DNA of 64,000 bases from the human T2T-CHM13v2.0 reference genome, Homo sapiens (GCF_009914755.1 NC_060939.1), one strand, 5' to 3'. Positions 31,520-45,194 are shown, counted from the first letter of the stretch. Made by a program: numbers and translations. The notes: generated by a model not told the origin, from the sequence alone.

Positions 31520-33310
31520 TTCTGCTGTACGTGGGTTTTTCAAGACCCAAATCAATAGCTGTAAAGAGAAATCTCTAGGCCCCTGACACAGATCTGGCTC
31601 AGAAAGGCCAAGGGTAAAGAAGAACATAAACAGGAAGACAGATGAGAATAGAGCTGCTTGCTTCAGGCAGTAATTCTTTCAGAAAAGTCAAACTGCGAAT
31701 CTCCCAAGCTGCCCATAGATGAAAATTCTCTTCTTGCAAATCCCTGGCCGTGGGCTGCTGAGCTGCTGGGCTCCTGAGATGTTGGCAGCCTACTCTCAAT
31801 TTCTGTCTCTATTTAAAACAATTTTTTAATTCTTCAGGAAACGCAGCATTCCCTGCAGGAATTGCTTTACATGTTTCTCATAAACAGAACCTTTCAACTA
31901 ACTCTGGAAATCCATAGAAGCACCCAAACTCTTAGCAGAGAGAGGATTTCTGTCCAAGTACCTTGAGATGGCAATTCACTGGAGGTGAAGTTGACTTGGT
32001 CTAGTCTTGGCTAGACCATATGGTCTTGATGTATTTTTTTCATGTAAAATTTGACATCTGAATATACAATGTGCATTGTTTTTTAGATCATTGTTCTTCT
32101 ACAATTGGCAAACTCTACTACACAGTAAATACAATAGAATGTGAAAGTGTTTAGGAAGGAAGAGTAACCATGAAGAATTTTATCTCTTCAACAGCCATTG
32201 AATCCCTTCCCTTTCAATATCCTTCATCCATTTCACAGAGAATCCTCCTAGCTCACAGGTACCCTCTCTATTTAAAGGCTCACTAAGAAAATACCATCTG
32301 TAAAGCCTACAATTACAGTTTTCGGCCTTGAAAGTGTATTATAGCATAAATATCAGTATTTCCCTTCTCCCCTGTTGAGTAAGCAGCAATAACCTCAGAA
32401 TGAGTGAGGAAAGAGGTATAAACTCAGAGGCACAGCAGCAGGAGGCAGCAGAACTAAGGGCTGTGGATTGGAAGCAACAATGTGGTTTCTTATCCCTGCC
32501 ATTACAGTGCGGTTTCAGAGCCCATCCCACCCTTGGATGAAATTAATGTGCAATTGAGTTGTAGTCATACTAATACCCTCTGCTGATACTGGACTGAACA
32601 CAACAGAGGGCCAGAAGAAGACCCACCTGGGAACCCTGACCAAGATGTTGGAAGCCCAAAACTATGGTGCTTAGGGTTAGACTCAGCATTTGGTAGAAAT
32701 CCAGGCACTGAAAACAATCCCTTGGAAAAGATGAAGCATGTAGACCCCTGGGTTTTCACATGCAACTGACACAAATCTTTAAAGGTAAGAGCTGCTAAGA
32801 GAGTTGGCCCCATTGGCTGAGTGCCTAGGCAAAGGGAAGTTCATGATGAGGGATCTGTGTGGGAAGGGGCTTGGGCTGGCATTGACAGGGGTCAAGTGAC
32901 CAAGCGGGAATATTTCCAGCCTGTGACCAGGAACTGCCAGGAAAGAACTTGCATTTTTAACAATCAAGATAAATACTCTAGCCCTGACTGGGATATGGAG
33001 GTCATGGGAGGCCAGCAACAGAAGTGGAGAGACTGTGAAAGCCTCCATCCCCCTGCCACCCAGCACGCAGCCAACAGATGCCCATGGACCACATTCCTGT
33101 CATGGATGTCATCGCCATATGCGGACCACCCCCAATTAAACTGGGCTCTCATGATTTCTCATAAGATGGCTACTTGGAACATGTATTGCCCTACAACTTG
33201 GAACTTGGATTATATTTGTAGGATTTCTCTTCTTTCGGTTGAGTGGCCTTATCCCCAGTGTACTGCAACCAAACCACCACCACCAGCCACACTGCCTGCT
33301 GACCCTTTCT

Positions 33311-33513
33311 CCACCCTCTGGAAGACTTCTTACCCTTCAGAAACAGGTTATCCCTGTTAGCAATAGGAAGAAATGGAGAGGCAAACTCCAGAGCCCCGAG
33401 TCACAGCCCACCACATGCAGACCTGAGCATGGCTCATCTCAGAGGAGAGTCAGGTGCTGCCAGCATAGCCCTCGGGTGGGTTAGGTCCACCTGAAGACAT
33501 TACTGGTAGATTT
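33311..33513 (+). repeat. Dispersed direct repeat copy B
   Basis: About 90% identical to 31316-31519. Confidence 0.95.
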
Positions 33514-33748
33514 GACTTCTGGGCTACTGGTAGCCCTGTCCCTCATGCAAGGAAGGTGCTTGATGTTATTCCTTCATTCTGAAGAATCAGAGGCGGGTAT
33601 ATGTAATGTCTCTTGTAAGAAAATGCTATTTTCCTTAAGAAAGTAATACTAATAGACATGAATTTGGTCATTATGTATGATGCACAGTTTCAAGTACTTT
33701 ACATGTATTACATTCATTTAACCTTTCGCAGCTCTATGAGTTAGGTGC

Positions 33749-34097
33749 TGCCTTGGTTGGTTCTAGAGGCTATAAGGAATTACCATAGACCGGGGTGACT
33801 TTTAAAGAACAGGAATTTATTTCCTGCAATTCTGAAGGCTGGACGTCTGAGATTTGGTGCCAACATGGTTATGTCCTGGTGAGGGCTCTCTTCTGGGTTG
33901 CAAACTGTGGGCCTCTCATTGTCTTCACACATAGCAGAGCGCAGAGTGAGCAGGGAAGCAAGCTCTCTCATGACTCTAAAGGGCATTCTACTTCTCATCA
34001 CCTGCCAAAGGCCCCACCTCCAAATGCCATCACAGTGGGCAGCAAGCTTCCACATGACTTTGTCAGGGGAGGGGACACACACATTGCGTCCACAACA
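33749..34097 (-). mobile_element. MLT1A0-like LTR inserted in a MIR
   Basis: Perfect 5-bp TSD ggtgc (33744-33748, 34098-34102); MIR-like flanks (ctatgagttaggtgc / tattatttacccc..gttaaataacttgtccaagg). Confidence 0.88.
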
Positions 34098-34429
34098 GGT
34101 GCTATTATTTACCCCAAATACAGGAACACAGCAGTTAAATAACTTGTCCAAGGACACTCAGCTAGTATGTGGCTGATCCAGGATTTTACCGTGTCAGGCT
34201 CCCGACACAATGTCAAGCTGTTAATCATAATACCATAGTGGCCAGAACATATGCACAGGGTCCTCTGGGTGGCTGAAGATGAGTGGTCTCCATCTCTGCC
34301 CACCTGAACTTATTCTGATGGTATCTTTCTCATGACCAGTCCACAAGCATTTTAGTTTAGCAATGCTGAATGCTAAAATACGCTGGAAAATTTTGAAAGA
34401 TGTTTATAAAAGCTATAGATTGGTAATAA

Positions 34430-35001
<572 letters not shown>

Positions 35002-35404
35002 AAAAGATTCCCTTCTAAGGGTTCTTATTTACTAAGGTTTATTGTTGTGTTAGCCACTAAACATTGTATCAGTATTAGCTCACTGATATTTACAACAGCT
35101 TTGAAAAATTGATATCATTATCTCATTTTACTGATGAAGAACAAAACCCATGGTGGTGAATCACCTTGTTTTGATCTTCAGGGGGGAAATGTGAGAACAC
35201 AAGAGTAAAAGAAGACTCATAGGATAATCTGGGGGGAAAAATCACCTAGAAATTATCTTAGATGCCTAGGAATAAAATCTCGGTATAGGATGGCACTAAC
35301 TGGTTATTATTTCTGGACATTTGGCCTATTTTAAATCCCAGTTAATTATCAATGTTAAATGTATTATTAAAATACACACATTATTTTCTACATTAAATGA
35401 ATTA

Positions 35405-37910
35405 TTGGCTTCCATTTCTGATCAAGGTGGAGTAACTGGAGTGGATTTAACTTCCTACTAGAAACAATTAACCAAAAAAAATACATAAAATGTATGGTTT
35501 CCAGATATCAGACATCAGGAAGTGCCATGCAGTGGCCCCTAAAAGTGATCCTCATCGTGGCACTCAGCATGCTGCCTGGAGAATGCTTGCAGGTGGCAGT
35601 GCAGGGCAGGGAAGCCCAGACCACATCCTGTGGTCTCCCTGAGTTGAGATGATGGAATTGGGAGCGCAAGGCGGCCAAGGCAGTCAGAGTTCTCAGGAGA
35701 GAGAAAGAGAGAAGAAGAGAGAAAGAGCACAGAAAGGAGCTCTGAAGGTCTGAAGTGCATCCCACAAGGCTTCAGCCGAGTGCTAGTCAGCACAGGTCTA
35801 TGAGGAAGCTGTGAGACCAAGGACAGAACCAATGCTGTGGAGCAGAGGAAGCAATCACTACTTCTGACTTACAAACGCTGCAATAATTGATCACCAGCAG
35901 ACCTTCACTACAAAAGATGCTAAAGCAGAAGGAAAAGGATCCCAGACAGAACTCTGCATCCATAAAAGGACAGAAGAGTAACAGAAATGGTAAATATGGA
36001 AGACGGATTTTTCCTGGTTTTCACCTTTTTAAAAGATAATTGGCTGTTTGAAGCTAAAATAATAGTGTATTATGGAAGTAAGGACAACAATAGCACAAAG
36101 GCTTAGCAGGGGCAAAGGAAGTGTGAAGTGCAATATTACAAGAAGATGGACCACAGCAAGCTAGGCATATGCTATTAGTCCTAAGGCAACTACTTTTAAA
36201 AAGTTACACCTAAAAAGCTAACAAAAGAAGGAAACAGAATCATGGATAAAAACAACCAACAATCTAACTCAATCCAAAGGAATGTAGAAAAATAAGAAAA
36301 AAGAAACGAAGAACAGACAGAACAAATAGAAAATAGCAAAATCGTACACTTAAACCCAACCACATCAAGAATCACATTAAACATGATTCTAAACAACCTG
36401 GCTGAAAAGGAATATTTCTCAGGTTGTATATAAAAATGATGCAGGATTTTTCTCGGTCACTTTGTCAGCCAGGGACTTCTGCAGCCTGACTTGTGTGCCA
36501 GTGTGGACCCCACACTTGCTGTAGGATCCACATTCAGCCTGTGACTGGGCTGAGCATGCCCTAGTCCACCTGTGTTACAGCTGGTACCGGCGTTCACGTT
36601 CAGTGGGTCCTGAGTTCTTGCCAGCATTCAAGAAGAATGAGGTTACGCTGACAACTGAAGGGTGAGGAGGGCAGAGAATAATTTTATTAAATGGTGGAAT
36701 GGCTCTCAGTGCAGAGGGGACATGAGTGTGGTCCCCCATCTGAAGTTGGGTGGTTTCTCTCTTGGTGTGGCTGGGTCTGGGGCTTTTATGGGCTCAGAAT
36801 GGGGGAGTGTGTGCTGATTGGTTTGTGAATATGCAAATAAGCTGAAACAAAGACACAACTCAAAGGTGGGCACAACAGTGTAAAAAACCAATTAGGGAAG
36901 GGTAGGTATATGTAAAATAGGTGAAGGATGAGGATCAGTCAGAGGAAAGTGCACCAAATGGGAAGAGACGTTCTCAATCTGGTCCATAGATTTGACTTGT
37001 AGCTTGGCTTTCAAGCTTTAAACTGTCCTTGGCTTAAAGGTGGGGTTTCAGTGGGGTGCCTGCCCCTATCTGCCTAGGCATTTGACTGCCTCCTGCCACT
37101 ATCAAAAGCAAGACCCAGATATTTGTTACCTATGACAAATTTTTAAAATTTCTTTAAATATATAGATACAAAGAGGTTAAAAATTTTAAAAATGAGAAAA
37201 GATACATCATTACTGCCATGAGTGCATATTTCAATATCAGGCAAAGTAGATTTCAGTGAAAAGAATACCACCAGGGATAAAGTGGATCATTTTATGATGA
37301 CAAAGTGGTCTATTCATCAGAAGATAACAAGCTTAAAAGTTTCAATATGCTCAATAACAAAACTTCCAAGTACATGAAGCAAAATCCAATAGATTTTTAA
37401 GAAGAAACAGACAAATCTTTAATTGTAATTAGAATTTTCAACTGTCCTTTCAACAATTTGTAGAACAAGTAGACAAGCAAGAGCACAATATATACTTTTC
37501 AAGTGTATTGATAGTATTTACCATGATGGACTATAAAAGCACTCTTAGTGAATTTAGAAGTTTTCAAGCCACTCAAAGAATATTCTCTGACTACAATGGA
37601 ACTAAAATAGATATCCAAAAAAATCCTCCAATACTAAAACACTAACACATTTCTAAATAACCCATGGATCAAGGAAGAAATCAAAAGTGAAATTAGAATG
37701 CATTTTGAGTTGAATAAAATTTAAAATGTAGAATATTATACATTGCAAGATGTAGTTCATGTAATGACTTGAGGGAAATTTATAGCACTCAACATATGTA
37801 TTTAAAAAAAGAAGAAGAAACATCTCAAATCAATGACTTTAGTGTCTACTTTATAAAGCTAGAAACAGAAAAGCAAGTTTGATCCAACATAATCAGAAGA
37901 AAGAAAATAA
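35405..37910 (+). mobile_element. Old L1M remnant (5' region through early ORF2), interrupted by an LTR
   Basis: A-rich strand, aaacccaaccacatcaagaatcacattaa, aaagcaagaccca, cacatttctaaataacccatggatcaaggaagaaatc. Confidence 0.75.
36437..37104 (-). mobile_element. ERV1 solo LTR (MER52/LTR27 family)
   Basis: tgatgcaggatttttctcggtcactttg..cccctatctgcctaggcatttgactgcctcctgccactatca; splits a contiguous L1 sequence. Confidence 0.85.
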
Positions 37911-38106
37911 ATATGTTATGACAAGATGCCCAATCCTTCCTCCTACCTTTTTGTTCCTTTCTACCTTTGTCCTGTCAGAATCAGAATGAGTGACTAGTTC
38001 TGTGGGATGAGTGTGCTGAAAGATAGGGCTCCATTCAGAAGCAAGACACTACCGAGGCCAGGCATGGGCAGGACTACTCACCTCTAGCTTTGGTCTTCAA
38101 GCAGAT

Positions 38107-38469
38107 TGTATTAGTCTGTTCTCTGACTGCCAATAAAGACATACTTCAGACTGGTAATTTATAAAGGAAAGAGGCTTAATGAACTCATGGTTCCACATGG
38201 CTGGGGAGGCCTCACAATCATGGCAGGAGGCAAAGAAGGAGTAAAGTCACGTCTTACATGGCGGTAGGCAAGAGAGCGTGTGCAGGGGAACTCCCATTTA
38301 TAAAACCATCAGATTTCATGAGACTTATTCACTATCATGAGAACAGCACAGGAAAGACCCACCCCCATGATTCAATTATCTCTCACTGGGTCCCTCCCAT
38401 GACAAGTGAGAATTATGGGAGCAACAACTCAAGATGAGATTTGGGTGGGGATACAGCCAAACCATATCA
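38107..38469 (-). mobile_element. THE1B/C solo LTR
   Basis: tgtattagtctgttctc..gatttgggtggggatacagccaaaccatatca; near-TSD cagat/gagat. Confidence 0.95.
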
Positions 38470-39186
38470 GAGATTATCCCTTATATTTATGCCTAAGATG
38501 TGTTGAGAGTCAGGAATCTCCATTAGAAATCCAAAACTCAGTGGTCACCCCTCTCTCACACACATACCCAGTTCACTGGCCTGCCTTGCTCTTATGTCAC
38601 TGGAATAACATTCAGGTGATTTAGTGGTACTTTTCTTTTCTGTTTTGTCCAGCACGTTGTTCAGGCAATGCATAAGCCCCCATCCCCCTGCATTTAAAAA
38701 AAAATCATGCTCAATATTCCTCATCTCATGACTCTGCTTTTGCTATTACCTAAGCACTTCTGCTTCTGCTTCTGCATGGGAGGTGTCTTCCTCTCAGTCC
38801 CTGAGCTCCGGGTGTGTTCTTCCATCTAAGGATGCAGGTTCTTCAGCCCTGCTCACTGGCCCTGATTTCTGTGCCACTTGTGGTCCTGAGAAACCCGGAC
38901 CCATAGAGTAGCGCTTTGCCCCACCACCATGTGTGACAGCTGTAAAATGTGGGTAGAGAAATGCATCTCAGCCCTAAAAAAGTATCAAGGCATTAAAAAC
39001 GCTCAAAGTTAGAAAGGGTATTAAAGGTCCTTCAGATAGGGTTATATTTACCTAAGTAGTTTACATTTCTTAACACATTTAACTCATACAAGTTTATAAA
39101 CTCTTATTATTTCCATCTTACAAATGAAGAAACTGAGGCTATTGGGTTGAGTCTGGTTCCACAAACCCACCACTCTATTTCCCTCA

Positions 39187-39218
39187 ACACACACACATGC
39201 ACACAATATGCGCGCGCG

Positions 39219-39263
<45 letters not shown>
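39187..39263. repeat. Compound microsatellite (CA)n-(CG)8-(CA)18
   Basis: (CG)8 at 39211-39226 joined to (CA)18 at 39227-39262. Confidence 0.98.
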
Positions 39264-40717
39264 CACTGCTGACATTTCCTTTGTTAAGGGACAATGTAAG
39301 ATTTCATGGTAGTCCGACACCATTAAGACAAAGGGAGCAGGCAATACCTCAAACCTGCTTCAAACATCCCACTCCCTCAAAGTTCCCTCAGGGAGAGATG
39401 CGGGCAAAGGCCAGGGCAGATAGAAAATCAAACCTCTACTACATTTTAATTGAGTTTATCCTCAAAATTCCAGTGCTTAATACTGGCAAACTGGATTGAA
39501 GCACAAGAGAGAGGCACTAGGTCCAGCTAGAACCCTTTCAGTACAAAGCCCAAACTCAAAATTCTGCTGGCAGCTGCTGCCCTAGTTTGAGAAGATGAGA
39601 TGCTCACATATGCTTGTGAGAAACATTAAAGAAAAAGAAAGCTAAATGGCTGTGCTTCCTCCCACCTTATTGTAATCCTAATTTAGGCACAAAAAGAAAA
39701 CGTCAGGAAGCACCGGAGAGCAAGACAGGCAGATGGCTGGACAAGTGCTCGGGTGGGTGAAAAGCCCGAGGCCAGTTTGCTGATCAGCTACCTGGATAAA
39801 AGAAGAGGAAAAGAATAGTAAGCTCAGTGTGAACTTTCTAACAATCAGACGTGTCACTGATGACCCAATCGGATTAAAGACCCCTTTTTTCTGGCAGTGG
39901 AGAGGTGGATGCTATAGAAAAGAAGGTGGAGAGGAGCTGCCAAGAGGAAAAATAACATTTTCCCCCCAGGAAAGGCCCAAAAGTCCCAATATGCACATTT
40001 GTGGCTCAGACCACTCTTCTGAATTCCGTATCCATATATCCACAGTAGGAGGCATCAGGAATACTCCCCCTACCCCGGCCCCCACCAACCTTCAACCAAA
40101 GAGGAAAATTTGAACCACAAAATTATTTAATTGGATCTGAATGTATTTCTCTTCTGCATGGCAAAGGGAAACCCACTGACATCCAGTGCCTCTTGCAACT
40201 CAGGAGGCAGCAAAACGTGAATTGCCACAAAAGGTTGGGGTATACACTTTCATTACAGAGGAAAGTCAAGGTTGCCCTCACAGAAGCAATAGTCTCTCTT
40301 ATGAGAATATTCTTTGTTTCTGTGATAAAGCACATCTTGGTGATATGTGCTGGCTTTTCAGTTTATGCTTAGTTTTCAACAGCTGCAGTTCCCACGCCGG
40401 GAGATCTACAGGCAGTCAAGGCACCACGTGGTGGCACAGGGAAATCATTTGTGGCCCTACAGCTACAGCCCAAGGGGTTCAAATTTTCAAGAACAAGACT
40501 ATTAAGTTGGGGGAAAAATCTCTTCCTTCTAGAAATCTTCTGAAGGTGAAAGTAGGGGACAAGCTTCGGAATCTTCCTGATCCTTCAGTAACAAACTCTT
40601 CATTTATTAAAAAAATTTTAACTGACAAACAATAATTGTAAATATTCATGGGATACATAGTGATGTTTTGATACATATAATGTATAGTGATCAGATCAGG
40701 GTAATTAGCAGTGTAAT

Positions 40718-41369
40718 TGTTCCCGGACCAAACTGAGGATTGGGCTGCTATTTCTCATGGCCCAATAATGAGATGCAGATGAACTGGGGAGGAAGAAGAG
40801 TTTTTATTTCTGTAACTGGCTACAGGGAGAAGGCCTGGAAATTATCACCAGACCAACTCAAAATTACAGTGTTTTCCAGAGCTTATATACCTTCTAAGCT
40901 ATATGTCTATGTGTTAAGTGTGCATTCATCTAAAGACAAGTGATTAACTTATTTTAATCTATAACTAAGATCTGAGTCCTGAAGATCTTCCTCTGGATCC
41001 TCAGTAAATTTACTTAATGTAAGTGGGTCCAGGTGCTGGGGTGATTACCCTTATCTTGTCTCCTGCCAAATCATGGAGGTTTGGGGAGCTCCTTCAGACC
41101 CCCAACAAACTTGTTTGTAGAGGCCTTGGGGAGTTTCTTCAGATCCCCAATAAAACTTGTTTAATCCTAAATGGGTCTGGTTAAGAATTCCTTCATTATT
41201 TTGTCATGCTTTAATGCCCAGGAAAGGCCTAGGCAAAACTGTTGGTGGGTTTTTGTTACATCCCAGCCTTTGTATAAGGGCATTGGCTTTTAATGTTTAA
41301 CTTAAGCACTCAGTCAGTACTGAAACAGTTGCTATGGAAGCCTACTTTAGTGAGACCTGGCCTGCCACA
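40718..41369 (-). mobile_element. ERV1 solo LTR (MER51-like; family name uncertain)
   Basis: tgttcccggaccaaactgagg..tgagacctggcctgccaca with 4-bp TSD taat (40714-40717, 41370-41373). Confidence 0.8.
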
Positions 41370-41595
41370 TAATTAGCATCTCAAATATTTGTTACTTCTT
41401 TGTGTTGGGAACATTCAGAATCCTTTTTCTAGCTACTGGAAACTCTGTGTAATTGTTAACTGTATTCATCCTACAGTGCTATAGAACACTAGAAATTATT
41501 CCTCCCATCTAGCTGTAAATCTGTATCCTTTAATAAATTTATCTCTCTCCTCACTTCCCACTGCCCTTCCCAGCCTCTAGTATCCTATGTTTTAC

Positions 41596-41717
41596 TTTTT
41601 TTTTTTCAACAGGCTGGAGTGCAGCAGCATGATCTCGGCTCACTACAACCTCCATCTCCAAGACTCAAACCATCCTCCCACCTCAGCCTCCCGACTAGCT
41701 GGGACTACCGGTGCATG
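41596..41717 (-). mobile_element. Old Alu monomer fragment
   Basis: ggctggagtgcagcagcatgatctcggctcac..gctgggactac; degenerate TSD tgttttacttttt/tgttctacttttt. Confidence 0.8.
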
Positions 41718-41871
41718 TGTTCTACTTTTTGCCTCTATGAGACCAATTTTTTTTTTTTATAGCGTCCACCTATAAGTGGGAATACATGGGGCATTTAACT
41801 TCTTGTTCCTGGCTTATTTCACTTAACATAATGTCCTCCAGTTATATCCATATTGCTGCAAATGACAGAGG

Positions 41872-42181
41872 TTATTTATGTATTTATTATTTTTTTGAGA
41901 AGGAGTCCCACTCTGTCATCCAGGCTGGAGTGCAGTGGTCCAATCAGGGCTCATCGTAACCTCAGCCTTCTGAGTTCAAGTGATCCTCCCACTTCAGCCT
42001 CCTGAGTAGCTGGGACTAGAGGCGTGTGCCACCAAGTCCAGCTAATTTTTTTGGTATTTTTTGTAGAGATGGGGTTTTGCCATGTTGCTCAGGCTGACCT
42101 CTAACTTCTGGGCTCGAGTGACCTGCCTGCTTCATCCTCCCAAAGTGTTAGGATTACATGCATGAGCCACAGGGCCCAGCC
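41872..42181 (-). mobile_element. AluJ
   Basis: gatcctcccacttcagcc and ctgggctcgagtgac are J-type; flanked by acagag. Confidence 0.9.
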
Positions 42182-42329
42182 AACAGAGTTTTATTCTTTG
42201 ATATGGCTGAACAGCATTTCATGGTGCATATATACCATATTTCTTTATCCATTTGTCTATTATTGGAAAATCAGTGATTGAAGGGTATAGCTTCCATCCT
42301 CAACCCACCCAATGATTCCAACATAGATC

Positions 42330-43255
42330 AGAGAACCTGGACGTCCCATAGGCATTTCAAACTTAACAGCTCGAAAACAGAACTTGTGTCTCCTAAATCC
42401 TCTCCTTCCACCTTCCCAAACCAGCACTTTCCATGGTCTCACTCTATTCAGTTAATGGAAACTTCATTTTTACTATTGCTCAGGAAAAAATTCTTGGAGT
42501 GATTTTTTGGCTCATCTTTTATGCTCACACATCTAATCCATCAGAAAATCCTGTCAAATATGCCTTCAAAATATGTTCAGAAAGCACCAGCTCCAATCCT
42601 ACTGTAATGGTACCAGCTTTATCATCTCATCTGGGCTATTGCAACAGCTTCCTTACTGGACTCTCTGCTTCCTCATTCAGCCTATTTTCAACATGGGAGC
42701 CCAGGAGATCCTGCTGAAATGGAAATCAGGTAAGTTTAACTTCTCTTCTCAAAACCTCCCATAGTAAGCAGTCAGCTTAACTTAGGTATGCTGAACTAAC
42801 GAGCAAACCCTGAGATCTCAGGTGATTAACACAAGAAGTTTAACTTGCCACTCACGTGTAGCCCTCTGGGACTCGAGACTCCAGCAAAGTTCCCAACCAG
42901 TGGCAACTCAAAGATGCAGGCTGCTTTTCTCCTGTAGCCATGTCTTTCATTGGGCAATGTCAGTGGAAGACAGAGCACAGGGAACTCACGCATCCTCTGC
43001 CCTGCTGTGTTTCATCCGGTCTACTGGCCACAGCGAATCTCTGGGGCCTGCCCACTCAAGGGGGCTGGAAATATAGGTGAGTACATTTGGTCAGCATTAA
43101 ATATTTCTGCCACACCCTCCAATAGCTTCCTATCTCCTTTAGGATTAAAGACACAGTTCTCACAATGGACACATCATTCTTCTCTCCCCTGAGGGCCTTT
43201 GCACTGACTGTGTAACCTGCCTATAGCACCCTCCTGATGCTCTTTCCCCCATCTC
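42330..43255 (+). mobile_element. L2 remnant interrupted by an old MLT1 LTR (~42762-43112, minus)
   Basis: ggcatttcaaacttaacagctcgaaaacagaac..gcaacagcttccttactggactctctgcttcc..aaaacctcc, resuming ccctccaatagcttcc. Confidence 0.65.
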
Positions 43256-43261
43256 TGATAC

Positions 43262-43690
43262 ATTTTCAAATAGAAACATTTTATTGAGATAATTGTAGAT
43301 TCACATGCAGTTGTGAGAAAGAATATAGGGAGATCCTCTGTGCCCCTTATCCAGTTTCCCCAAATGGTAACACTTGCAAAGGTATGGTATGATGTCACAG
43401 CCAGGATATTGACATTGCAACAACCCACCAATCTCACTCAGATATCTCCGTGTGTATGTATATTTATTTCCACACATTTTATCCCATGCATAAGTTCGTA
43501 TCTCCACCACCACACTCAAGATGCAGACATTTCCATCCCCACGGGGATTCCTCCTGCTGCCCTTTCATTGCCACCCCGCCTCCCTCCCACCACTGCCCCC
43601 TCTATCCTGCCCTTACGCCTGACAGTCACTAATCTGTTCACCATTTCTAAAATTGTGTCATTTCAACAGCATTATATAAAGGAACCACAC
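43262..43690 (-). mobile_element. L1MC/MD 3' end
   Basis: ttttattgagataattgtagattcacatgcagttgtgagaaa..ccaggatattgacattg. Confidence 0.8.
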
Positions 43691-44687
43691 AATTTGTCCC
43701 AGCCCAGCGGCTGGGCACATGTGTTTCTATGCTTCTTACATATAAACAGCAATATTTAGGATGCCAAAGAGCAAAGGTAAGAGGGCCATTTCCGATGATC
43801 CCTGTGCGCTTCCAGCCACGGAAATATAGCCTGAGATACAGGCACTACAGCAGCCAGGGATGGGGGGAGGGGTCCCTGATTCCCGCAGTGCTTACACTGG
43901 CCCTGCACACTCCCTGAGCAACTGGCAGGGGCCTCTGGGTCACCTCTGCTTTCCATCCCATCAGCCCCATTTCTCTACCAGAGAATCCTTTTATTATGTT
44001 AAAATAGGACGTCATTACTTGAATTAGAAAGGGAAATACCAGCTGCTTTCGTCCTCCAGGAAGCACTAATTAGCCAGCAGCCACCCTGATCTCAGGCGAC
44101 CAGGGAGCCGGTGCAGACTAATTACAACCCTGCTGCCTCCTGCACACTGGAACTCAGGCTGCAGCACCTGCGCTTCTGAGCTGAAGGATTTTTAGGATCT
44201 GGAATTTCCCCCCGGCACTAACCTTGCATTTGATGCCTTCATTACACATCTCCTTCCACAATAGCTTCCTCACTGGTCTCTGATTTCCAGCCAACCCATC
44301 TTGCACAAAACAGCCAAATTCATCTCCTTAAAACACAGTTCCAATCACATAATTTTCTTACCCCAAATTTGTCAGCATGATCCCCATGCAGCATGTAAAC
44401 TATAGTCCAGACCCCCTCCACCTGGCCCTGCAGGCTTTCTCTAAAGGGACTCAAGCCCGGATTCCTGGCCTCTTGTCAGCCCCTGACTTCCACAGTCCTT
44501 CCCACTGAGAGACATGTCGTGGCTCAGGTTCCCCTAATCAGCACTTTCACCTGCGGCATGCTCACACAGTCACCCCAGGTGCCTTAGAGACAGAAGCAAA
44601 ACCTGCATCCAGACTGCTGTGGTTTCAATGCTTGTGTCCCCACCTCCCAAATTCTTATGTTGAAATTGAATCCCCAAGGTGATGGTA

Positions 44688-45194
44688 TAGGTTGAGCATC
44701 CCAAATCTGAAAATCTGAAATCTAAAATGCTCTAAAGTCTGAAACTTTATGAGCACTGACATGAAACTCATAGGAAATGCTCACTGGAATACCATATGAT
44801 CCAGCACTCCCAAGGCTAGGTGTATATCCAAAGGAAAAGAAATCCATATATCAAAAAGATCTCTGCACTTCCATGGTTCCACTGGAATGGAATGTTCCAT
44901 TCACAACAGCCAAGATGTGGAAGCAACCTAAGTGTCAATCAACAGAGGAAGGAATTTTTTTAATGTGGTACACATATACAATGAAAAAGTACTCAGCCAT
45001 TAAAAAAAAAGAAGAATGAAATTCTCTCAAGTGCAGCAACATGGATGGAACTGGAAGTCATTGGAGAATTTCGGATTTTGGATTTTCAAATTTGGGCTGC
45101 TTGACAAGTAAGTATATACAATGCAATTATTCAAAAATCTGAAATTCAAAACACTTTTGGTCCCAAGCATTTCAGATAAGGGATACTCAACCTG
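44688..45194 (+). mobile_element. Tigger4a hosting an L1 fragment
   Basis: aggttgagcatccc..gataagggatactcaacctg TIRs; same family as 12793-13021. Confidence 0.9.
44787..45062 (+). mobile_element. L1 ORF2 3' fragment without 3'UTR or poly-A
   Basis: ORF 44777-45019 translates IPYDPALPRLGVYPKEKKS..TAKMWKQPKC, the L1 ORF2p C-terminal region. Confidence 0.9.

Larger units (their letters stand above)
40605..42260 (-). mobile_element. L1MA 3' end, interrupted by an LTR and two Alu elements
   Basis: gatcagatcagggtaattagc, ctatagaacactagaa, ggcttatttcacttaacataatgtcctccag. Confidence 0.88.

Noticed and set aside
32821-33360. 179-aa ORF in unique sequence
   Set aside because: GTG start, no recognisable domain, Trp/Cys/Pro-rich composition typical of non-coding frames, and it ends inside the duplicated segment.
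40702-41378. Apparent 9-bp TSD (taattagca) around the ERV1 LTR
   Set aside because: Placing the LTR start at 40718 gives an ordinary 4-bp TSD (taat); the extra match is a small duplication in the L1 host.
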